From Balanoglossus misakiensis (lineage: Eukaryota > Animalia > Hemichordata), in the NCBI GenBank assembly GCA_040954595.2, contig JBECUI020000024.1, positions 124,001 through 188,000 of the forward strand: a stretch of DNA of 64,000 nucleotides, given 5' to 3'. The notes below the pieces were generated by a model, which saw only the letters and a program-made list of their open reading frames with translations, was not told the DNA's origin and searched no databases. Shown here one piece after another: positions 12,101-22,069 of this stretch. Within the stretch, counting starts at the first letter, position 1, and every line of letters begins with the position of its first letter. The translations under genes and the position numbers were made by a program.

Positions 12101-15100
12101 TACAGTTGTTAAATTCTTTCGCATCTTTCAGGTTTGATCCTTTCTCTGTAAACCGGGCATAGTCTTGATGAATCCGGGTGAGCGTCCTCGCTGGAATGGG
12201 TGGTCTGCGCTCAGGGTCCAAAAGTGATGTTTCCTTGGTAATCAGGCACCACAGACAGAAGTACTTTCCTGTCAAACACAATTGATTTGTTGTTTTTCGA
12301 AAGATGAAATTTTGAAAGTTAGAGTATCCAACTGCAAAATGCATTATTTGACAAGACGTAAATTGAGCACCTGCCACTTGCTCCAGACAACCCGTAGCTC
12401 TTACAAAGGTACTCATAGTCACCAGTAATGTGTACGCGGAGTAACCATTCCCTAAACAGTGCACATAAAAAGAATTAAATACAAAGATAATATTCATTCA
12501 TGACAAAATACAGTCATTACCCTTAGCAAGTGAAACAAGATGTAAATAAAAACAGAAAGGTACTTACTTCCATTTGTGTTCATCGAGCAGATCTATTTGG
12601 CCTGAATTCACAGTCATTGCTCTGCGGAGGTTTCTGTAGCTGTCACCAGCTAGGAACAAATTCCAAACAACTGTGTTTTCAACACTGTTAGGTTGTTCAA
12701 CGTTGAGGATCTGGAAGGTTTATTTCATTGAGCCACCTCCGTGATCACCACCAACTTTAATCCAGATCTCATTTGCAGGGATACCCTTGTGTGAAACAAG
12801 CTTTGATGTACTAGTCAAATAAAAAGAAATCAACAAATTTATGAGACACATTTTCTGAAAGCAACTTTATATTGTAGGTAAAATGCTTTCAATGAGTCGT
12901 TCAAAAATGGGCACTTGTGAAATATTTTAAGGTCTATTGATTTTCATGAAACATGTGTTTTGCTGACTAAACTATTGTACATTATGCATTATGAGTATGG
13001 ACTTCATGCAATAACATGTACCTTCACAGTACCAATTTCGCCTACCTTCGTAATTTCCTCAATGTTGACCAAGTGATATCAAGGTCGGTTTTCAAAAGTA
13101 ACCCAGCACCAGGTGGTGCGTTAGCTGCTATGCCGAGTGATTCCAGAATTGATTCCTTATTTTCTTTGCCCATCCTTTTGAAGTCAGCACCAGCTTGTAT
13201 AGTGGAGGAATCGCCTCCACCACTGACTGTCTCTCTTACTTCTTTCAAACTCTTCGACCTCTCTATTAATGTATATTTACTACAGTCCTGGCTTGTTATA
13301 CGCGGTTTGGTTATTTTTGCCATGATTAAAGGCTGCAAAGTAAATGATAGAATTTCCTTCTTTACAGTGTTTTTAAACATGATATAGTTTTGCTATCCTT
13401 TATGTATCAATGATTGGGTTTGACTAGCAATATAATTTTGACATACACACAGTGACATGATTTCAAAGGTAAATCTTGAAACAGCTTTTTAAACGGATCT
13501 CATACTCACTTGTCCCCCTGTCTTAAATCTAACGGTGTTGTCCTCTGCCATGCTCATCTTTTCTTTCAGAATTCTGGTAGCCAGGACTTCAAACTCTCTG
13601 TATTCTCTGAACAGATGCATTCTATCCAGAATTGTAGAAGTAGCTGTGGTAGTTGACTGTAGTGGCGAAGTTTGCTCTGTTGCTACATGATCTTTGACTA
13701 TTTTACAATAGTCGTGGTCGCGATATAATGGCAATGAAAATTTGCATTGCTGCATATGTACAGATAACTCTTCCAGGGGCATATGAGAGGTGCACCCATA
13801 CATGACATTGTCACAAGATACAACAAGGGATGACAAGACATTTGTAACTACAATTGGAACACTAACAATTGATGACACAGATATAGGAACACGACAAACT
13901 GGACATGTATGAGACGGAGACTGTACACGCCACTCACATAGACATTCACAACAGAAAGTATGGGGCCCCTCACATAAAACCTGTAAACAGCTATCTGTGA
14001 CACTTTTACAAATCGGACATTCAAAGTCTTTTGATACAGGGCTCTTGAACCTCTCATGGCTCAGTTCCAGTTCATGGCGAAACCGTTTGCTTGCTCTTAA
14101 GCGTGCACTGTTACACAACGCCTATGTGTCTTGTCGCTTCCTTTCGTCTTCTAATTCAACGGTCTTGCTGGTTTCTCCATCCTGTAAGCCCTTTGGCACG
14201 TTTACATATTTTGACCGTCCTTTCCATTGCCTTTTCCTGCCACCCTTACACAACACAGAACACACAGTACACCCTCCTATCCAGAATCCTGGTGTGTTTT
14301 GTCCAGTCAAATACTTTTATCTTGGTGGCATATGATCTACCAACAATCTTTGCCTTCTTGTGTTGTTCAGACACTCGCTTACAATCCTTACATATGAAAT
14401 TAGGGTGAATGGTTTCACAATCATCATCGAGGTTGACACCAAAGCCCTCGACAATTTCTGGTGTTTTCTCATACCTGGTGTTGTTCGATAGCTTCTCTGC
14501 ACAAATTCGGCATCGTTTTGAAACTAAATTTCGATGAAACTCTATATTTCTGTACATGGTGACGCGAGCCGACTGCACAGACGTCAAACTTCAAAAGTGG
14601 CGCACTTTTTTCTGTTTACACCGGTAGACGCCGTGTCCATAGCGACAGGGACATAATAGAACACAACACATGTATTCGTCACACGCATACCACACATAGA
14701 GTAGGGCTTCTCACTTCCGCGTACTTCGAGAAAATACGCCAGAATAATACAAAATCCGACGACACAAAACTCACATAAAACGATTAATAAATAGACAACA
14801 ATCATGAAAAAACTTGTCTGTTGCAGTTGCAATGCGATTATTATTTCAAAATCTGCATCGAAAAATACATTACAGTTCGAATCTCACCAAAATATGATCG
14901 CCGCCATATTAGAACTGCGCGGCCACGCATTGCGACCATTAATCGCTCGCTACTCACAAACGGTCGCACAGTTTTTCATGCCACTGCCTCCTGGGAAGGA
15001 TAGATGGTTAGTGAATCCTGTGGATACGTTCATTTTTCCCGCAAGTTCAAGCGATTCTTCACCAATCCAAGGAAATTGTACCGATTCTGAGGCATGCCGA

Positions 15101-15220
15101 ACGAAGTCTCGTAAATTACCACAAATTCTCGCTCTATTGTAATTCTCGTTCTGTTTGTTGTTTGTTATTTCTTTCCTCAAACCAAATCCCATTAGTCTAA
15201 CACGGGGAATCGCATGTGTG
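9171..15220 (-). mobile_element. Chapaev-type (CMC superfamily) DNA transposon, defective copy
   Basis: Non-satellite insert holding a spliced DDE transposase. The right end read on the minus strand starts CAC(ACATGCGATTCCCC), the CAC terminus typical of Chapaev. The left end matches only weakly and no TSD is seen. Confidence 0.82.
9533..14557 (-). pseudogene. Chapaev transposase with RAG1-like N-terminal region; 9 predicted exons; one frameshift and two in-frame stops
   Basis: Predicted exons (minus): 14557-13510, 13332-13046, 12810-12568, 12451-12375, 12268-12066, 11749-11363, 11260-11108, 10680-10497, 9843-9533. Motifs in order: H-x7-CRIC...D-x4-H-x4-C-x2-C...W..H...CTVC (Chapa finger); RING CPIC...C.GPHTFCCEC...CPVC; C-x5-C-x11-H-x3-C finger; KVGGDHGGGS (D1); GDYEYL (D2); CLWC; LPVLHISLG; FVGNH; PKVHLLECH; SEQGIESTH (E). 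Start context GTCACCATG; AATAAA directly after the stop. Lesions: frameshift ~14290, TAG at 14122-14124, TAA ~12721-12723. Confidence 0.85.
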
Positions 15221-18050
15221 TAGGGGGGGGGGGGGGGAAACAGAGTGGTTCAATACTACATGTATTATATATCAGCTAATTTTCGACAATCATCTAAAAT
15301 CTAAATCATTTTTTCATATTTGGATATCTGATGATGTATGAAATTTCCATTATATGTAAAAAATGGTGCTGATTATAAAAAATGCACTCTGATTTAATAC
15401 AAAATTGCGTTTTATTCGTTTTTGCACCAAAAAGGTCATTTTTAGGCAAAACATTCTTTATTTTTTTAATTCGGTGACCTGATCATATATAAACAATTGC
15501 TTGTATGTTAAAAGTTTTTATGACTTTTAAAAGCAGTGACACTGGCGGCATTCAACACGAAAATAACAATTTTAGCCACAATTTGGTCAAAATGGTAAAT
15601 TTTTGAAAATTACAAAAAAATACCTGTTTTCTACATTTTCGGAAATCTGACGGAGTATAGAATGCTCTTCGTATATATATATCGATACAAATTCCTCAAA
15701 AAACGGCCAATTTGGCTCACTGCAGACAAAATTGCGTTTTACCAAATTTTCCTTGAAAATGTCATTTTTAGAAAAGAAAAAAAAAAAACCTTTGTTCTTC
15801 GAATTTGGTGCCCTGATCATATATGACATGTTGATTATATGTTAAAACTTTCGACCACTCCAAAAATGCAGAGATATTGATGGAATTCAAGAAAAAATAG
15901 CCATTTTGGCCATATTTTGACAAAAATGGTAAATTTATAAAAAATCATAAAAAAATAACTCTTTTCTTCATTTTCGGAAATATTATGGAGCATGAAGTGT
16001 CGTTCTCTTGTAAAAAGTGCTGCAAATTCCAGAAAAGGCGGTATAATTTGAATCACCCAAGACAAAATTACCATTTTCGACTTTTTTTCGAAAAATTGTC
16101 TTTTTTACAAAATAAATAAGAATAAATTCTTTTCTTAGTTTCAAACGGGTAGAGATACTTTCCACACGGGTTTTCTAACATTGAATTCCCATTCATCAAC
16201 TCAGATTTCCTACAGCATAAGTCGGCTAAAACCCTGACACTCTAGAGCAGAAACAGTTGCACACTGGTAACGTTGAACAAGTCGATTTTTCTACGGCCTG
16301 GCTCGGCTAAATCTCCGTCACAATATGACAGACACTAGCGTACGTTAGCAACGGTGATCAAGTCAGATTTTCTACGGCATGGCTTGGATAAAGCCCCGGC
16401 ACTCTAGAGCAGAAACACGCGTACAGAGACCACGTTGATCAAGTCTGATCTCCTACGGCTTGGCTCGACTAAAACCCCGGCACACTATGACAGACACTAG
16501 CGTTCGTTAGCAACGTTGATCAAGTCAGATTTCCTACAGCATGGCTTGGCTAAAGCCCTGGCACTCTAGAGCAGAAACACGCGTACAGAGACCACGTTGA
16601 TCTACTCACATTTCGTTCGGCCTGGCACGGCTGATGCCCCGGCACTATATATAGGACACAGACTGGCGTAAGTTAACAACGTTAATCACGTCGGGTTTCC
16701 TACGGCCTGGCTCAGCTGAAGCCCCGGCACTCTAGAGCAGAAACAGGCGTACATTGACCACGTTGATCAAGTCAGATTTCCTACGGCGTGACTCGGCTGG
16801 TGCACCGGCTCTATATGACACAGACTGGCGTAAGTTATCAACGGTGATTACGTCGGATTTCCTACGGCCTGGTTTAGCTGAAGCCCCGGCACTTTAGAGC
16901 GGAAACACGCGTACAGAGACCACGTTGATCAAGTCTGATCTCCTACGGCTTGGCTCGACTAAAACCCCGGCACACTATGACAGACACTAGCGTTCGTTAG
17001 CAACGTTGATCATGTCAGATTTCCTACGGCATGGCTTGGCTAAAGCCCTGGCACTCTAGAGCAGAAACACTCGTACAGAGACCACGTTGATCTACTCACA
17101 TTTCCTTAGGCCTGGCACGGCTGATGCCCCGGCACTATATATAGGACACAGACTGGCGTAAGTAAACAACGGTAATCACGTCGGGTTTCCTACGGCCTGG
17201 CTTGGCTAAAGCCCTGGCACTCTAGAGCAGAAACACGCGTACAGAGACCACGTTGATCAAGTCAGATTTTGCTACGGCGTGACTTGGCTGGTGCACCGGC
17301 TCTATATGACACAGACTGGCGTAAGTTATCAACGGTGATTACGTCGGATTTCCTACGGCCTGGTTTAGCTGAAGCCCCGGCACTTTAGAGCGGAAACACG
17401 CGTACATTGACCACGATGATCAAGTCAGATCTCCTACGGCCTGGCTCGACTAAAACCCCGGCACACCATGACAGACACTAGCGTTCGTTAGCAACGGTGA
17501 TCAAGTCGGATTTCCTTCGGCCTGGCTCTGCAAAAGACCCGACACTCTAGTACAAAGACGTCGGCAAGTCGGGCAAACCGAAGAGGGAAAGTCACAGCGG
17601 TTCAACACTCGACATTTGTTCGGGTAGGACTGCATTATTGCCTGTCAATTTATAGAGAAAGCCCGAATTTAACCAGGGCGTTTCAAACACCGACGTTAGT
17701 TGGGGGCACGGCCTGCAGTACTGCCGGGTAAGCTGACATCGGCGTACCGCATATAATGTAGGGGGGGGGGGACAGAACGGTTCAATACTACATTTATTAG
17801 ATATCAGCTAATTTTGGACAATCATCTAAAATCTAAATCATTTTTTCATATTTGGATATCTGATGATGTATGAAATTTCCATTATATGTAAAAATGGTGC
17901 TGATTATAAAAAATGCACTCTGATTTAATACAAAATTGCGTTTTATTCGTTTTTGCACCAAAAAGGTCATTTTTAGGCAAAATATTCTTTATTTTTTTAA
18001 TTCGGTGACCTGATCATATATAAACAATTGCATGTATGTTAAAAGTTTTT
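15221..18050. repeat. Macrosatellite array, block 2
   Basis: Same unit; poly-G at 15223 and 17761. Confidence 0.97.
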
Positions 18051-18088
18051 AGCTCACGTGAAAATCACGTGAGCTTATGGTTTAGCGA

Positions 18089-18121
<33 letters not shown>

Positions 18122-18138
18122 GTGTGTGTCTGTCTGTA
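18089..18138. repeat. (TG)n/(TATG)n/(TGTC)n microsatellite of the HINE
   Basis: Directly visible simple repeat. Confidence 0.95.
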
Positions 18139-19499
18139 TACCCGATATCTCAAGAACCGCTGAACCGATTTCAACCAAATTTAGTACACAGGTTCAGATA
18201 TTATATGGCAAGAACTGAAAAGGTTTTGGTGGGTGTGGCTTTGATATTAATGAAGTTATTAAAGTTTTAATTTTTCTATTACATGGTTGTCTATGAGAGC
18301 TTTCGTTAATGCCGCATATATGACCAGTGGAAACGATAGTTTGAGGAGATCGACTGTTTGAGGGCGCTGTGAAATGAGACATTCCTGGCGATATTGCCGT
18401 GGTTCTGTCCATGCTCAGACGCTGTACCCGTCGTTACGAATAACTTCCCTACGTGAATCCACAAGGAAGCTAACGTTGTTTAGCTGCTTCATAGAACGTA
18501 AATTGTTAATCTACAGGACCGTCAGACGAATACTCTTTTCAAATGAAGTTTGAAACTACTTACGAGTAAGTTAGTGGAGACAATATGGCGGATAGTTGGC
18601 GTGCAGCCGAATCCGCGTTATGACTATGACGTGACCCATTCATCAAGACAAACCGTAAATGATTCACGCATATTGTGGTCCTCACGCAGTCAATCTCAAA
18701 ATGTCACCAGGCTTTCTATTTGTCTATTGTTCAGAGAAAAATAACATGGCGGTTGATCACACTCAACAGTAAAATCCGTTTTGTGTGTTTATAGACAGTC
18801 TGTTATCGCCAATACTATATAGCGATTGCTAGATGGCCTACCCAATATGTGATCGAGCGAGAATGATAACATTGAATGTCTGTTCAGATCTCATTCCGTA
18901 CGTCATACGTCAACATTTCGATTTCGATTTAATCCATTCATAAAGAATTTAGAGAAAGTCGTCTTGAATTGTGACCCCGACTAACAATTTTACGATGATT
19001 TTTTGGCGACGGAATACACGAGACGCCATTGCATAACTATGTCAGCTGGACTTCCAAGGTTACCATTTTGTGTGTATGGAATCTTATCACAGAGACTACG
19101 TACTTTGACCACGGGCGTCATGGAACAATAAAGTGTATGGATAATTTAGCATAGGCCTAAACGAACACACAATAAGTTATTTCGTGTTTTTTTGTATATG
19201 AACGAGAACTACACTCACGGACGGCCTAGCTACAGCTGGACCTGCAAAATATGCGAGCGAACGCACTAGCGCTGCGGAAGTGATGTCGCAATCTACAACC
19301 GCACGCGCGCACGCGCCCGGCCCAGCGCGCGCGGCAGACGATCGTACGACTCATTTGCTAGCCAGGACAGACGCGTTCGTATACGGTGTATGTTAGGAAG
19401 GGTATGCAATCGCTCTCACGGAGTCTGGCGACGTGCGTTACCAAAAAGGGGGGGGGGACAGGGGGGACACTTTGTTCTACAGAGCATCGAAGTGTAGTC

Positions 19500-19930
19500 A
19501 AATATTTTTTATGAATTTTTGGGGGAATTTTCTGCAGTTTTGTTAAAAAAATTCTTCTCTGAAATTACATGTCCAATTGATTGGAAACTTGGTATGGAGG
19601 TTCATAGGGCTTACCTGAATCACATTTGTGCAAACGGTGGTGAAATTTTGCAAAAATGCATTTTTGGGCAATATTTCCTGTTTTTGTCAAAAAATCAAAT
19701 CCTGTGAAACTGTAAGTGCAATTGTTTTGATACTTTGTATTTGGGTTTCTAGGGGTGATCTCAGTCAGATATGATCAAATTGTAATGAAATTTGCATAAT
19801 TGTATTTTTTGGGAATTTCTGCAGGGTTTGGCCAAATAGTCTTCAGTAAAACCACAAGTCCAATTGATTGGAAACTTTGAATGGGAATTCATATATGTGA
19901 TATCAGTCAGATTTGTCTGAATTTCCTGTT
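19500..19930 (+). repeat. Three diverged ~145-bp internal repeats of the HINE
   Basis: GTCCAATTGATTGGAAACTT-like motif at ~19571, ~19716 and ~19858, each followed by a related TCAGAT/TCACAT...AAATTT stretch. Confidence 0.7.
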
Positions 19931-19955
19931 GTTTGCCAAAATGTCTTCCTTATTG

Positions 19956-21618
19956 TAATTGTAATTGTAATTGATTTATTTTATCGAATGAAAAAATTAT
20001 ATACATATGAATATTGGAACAAAGAAAAAGATAAAATACTATTCATCCGATATGGTCACGGAATTAGTTCGTTAGGAACTAGTCTAGTCCGTGACCAGTA
20101 CAAATGGAAGATTCCAATTGAAAAAGGAAAATACACGAGTGCTGAACTGAGGAGTCAATTATATACTATAAAAGAAGTAAACAATATTTGGCAGGGAAAT
20201 AAAATGGATATATATAAAAAAATTGACAAAGTTAAGTAGATAAATACATGGTCTTGTAAATCAGAAAATCGGTGGAAGTCTTACGCAATCTGTTCGTCAT
20301 GGAGAAGGTGGGCTTTTAACATTTTCTTAAATGAGTGTCGAGATGTGATCCTTTTTATATGTATTGGGAGGGAATTCCATAGATTGGTTGCTGCATATTT
20401 TATGTGGTGTTTACTTTGTGTAAGACTAATTCTGGGTATATAAAAGTTTTCATCAGTGGAAAAACGGGTGGGATAGTTGTGGGGAATAGAGTGAATATAA
20501 CGGGTTTTGTCCTGGGCATAATGGTCGTTTAACATATCAAAAACAAAAAGACAAGTTTGAAATTTACATAACTTAAAAACGTCTAAGATACCAAGCTGTC
20601 TAAATAAGGGGGGAGTGTGGGCACGGAAGTCGGAAAACGTTATCAGGCGAGTGATTTTCTTTTGTAAAAGAAAAATTGGTTCCAAGAAAGTCGTAAAAGT
20701 ATTGCCCCAAATTTCGATGCAGTAAGTGATGTGTGGGAGGATAAGCGAGTTGTAGAGCAGGAGAAGAATATATTTTGGAACAAAGTGGCGAAGTTGAGAG
20801 ATAATACCGATTTTCGGGGCAATAGTTTTTACGACCCTCTGGATATGCGTTTTCCAGTTGATATTTTGATCGAGAGTGACCCCCAAGTATGTGGCTGATG
20901 GGACACAATCTAGTCTTTTCCCGTCAATATCTAAAGTCCCATTGATGACTACATGTTTGCGGGATGTTTTCACTATCATATAATTTGTTTTGTCAACATT
21001 GATAGTGAGTTTATTAGCCCGACACCAATCACAAACTTTGCAGAAATCAGAGTTAACTTGTGTAAGGTCAATGTGGTGGTTATTGATGAACTTGAACAGA
21101 TTGGTATCGTCTGCAAAAAGGCGGAAGTTGAAGGCTTTCGTTGAATTGGCGATGTCGTTGATGTAAATTAAAAATAAAACTGGGCCAAGTATTGATCCTT
21201 GTGGGACGCCACACTGTATTTGTGAGTGTGGAGATGACACGTTGTTAATAATAACTGATTGCTGCCGGTTTGTCAAATAATTACTGAACCATTGTAATGG
21301 AATGCCTCTGATGCCATAATGATGAAGTTTATGGATTAAGATGTCATGATTGATGGTGTCAAAAGCTTTCTTGAAGTCAATGAAAATGCCAAAGGTGATG
21401 GAACCGCTATCTAAGCAGTCACTGATATCAGAAACTAAGTCAATAAGGGCCAGCTTGGTGTTGTATTTTTTACGAAACCCAAATTGTGTATCCAGGAGAA
21501 CGTGCTTTGTCTCAAGATAATGGATGAGTTGTTTATTCACAACTGCCTCAAAAATTTTGCTGAAAGTAGAAAGAATTGAGATGGGTCTATAATTACTAAC
21601 GTCTTCAAGGGGGCCCTT
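19956..21618 (-). mobile_element. 5'-truncated non-LTR retrotransposon (CR1/L2 group) nested in the HINE
   Basis: Flanked by direct repeat CTTATTG (19949-19955 and 21619-21625). The minus-strand 3' end is AATAAA followed by a (TACAAT)n tail. Truncated at the KKG motif of RT. Confidence 0.9.
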
Positions 21619-21620
21619 CT
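20281..21620 (-). pseudogene. LINE ORF2 reverse transcriptase, C-terminal part (open frame, no start codon, endonuclease lost)
   Basis: KKG...NYRPISIL, QFGFR, DFKKAFDT, GVPQGSILGP, FADDT, YLG motifs. Confidence 0.93.
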
Positions 21621-22069
21621 TATTGAAACTTGTTAAAGAGGTTCTTAGGCATGAACAGAAATCAAGACCTGATGTAAACTCAGAATTGAAAAGAAATGTT
21701 TTTATTCAAATATTGTCGAAATATCAATATGTGTGATAGTGTACTTTTCTATCCTGGTTATGGTTTAAATATGGAGTTGTCACAATAATGAAATAATAAG
21801 AGGCACTGATCAGTATTCAACAATTAGGTTACAAGGGGGAGTGCAGGGGTTTCAAGCTAAACTTATTTTTTGTTATTTGACATCGTCCCTAACCCCTTAC
21901 AAAAATTGACAAGGCAACAATTCCACAAACATTCCACAATGGTGCAACACACAACCCTTACACCATATACACTATAAACCAAAATGGTTTAAAACTGGTT
22001 TTTCTAATCTTGTTATTCTGTCAACCAATCACAGTACTGCACGTGAGCATATTCAGTTAATATCTGGTT

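Larger units (their letters stand above)
18049..22069 (+). mobile_element. Non-autonomous Helentron-associated element (HINE / DINE-1 / pearl-like)
   Basis: Inserted in the T-run of satellite AAAAGTTTTT|ATGAC with no conventional TSD. 5' inverted pair AGCTCACGTG (18051-18060) / CACGTGAGCT (18066-18075), then a TG microsatellite and the core ATATCTCAAGAACCGCTGAACCGATTTCAACCAAATTT. 3' sub-terminal copy CACGTGAGC (22040-22048), then a short CAG...CTG hairpin and TT. Confidence 0.78.

Noticed and set aside
14584-15192. Short ORFs upstream of the transposase as a second gene
   Set aside because: No motifs, overlapping on both strands; more likely promoter and sub-terminal DNA.
9171-15220. ProtoRAG / RAG1L-RAG2L transposon with RSS-like TIRs
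   Set aside because: Only ~360 bp lie downstream of the transposase, no kelch/PHD gene is present, no heptamer-spacer-nonamer is seen, and catalytic motifs are Chapaev-type.
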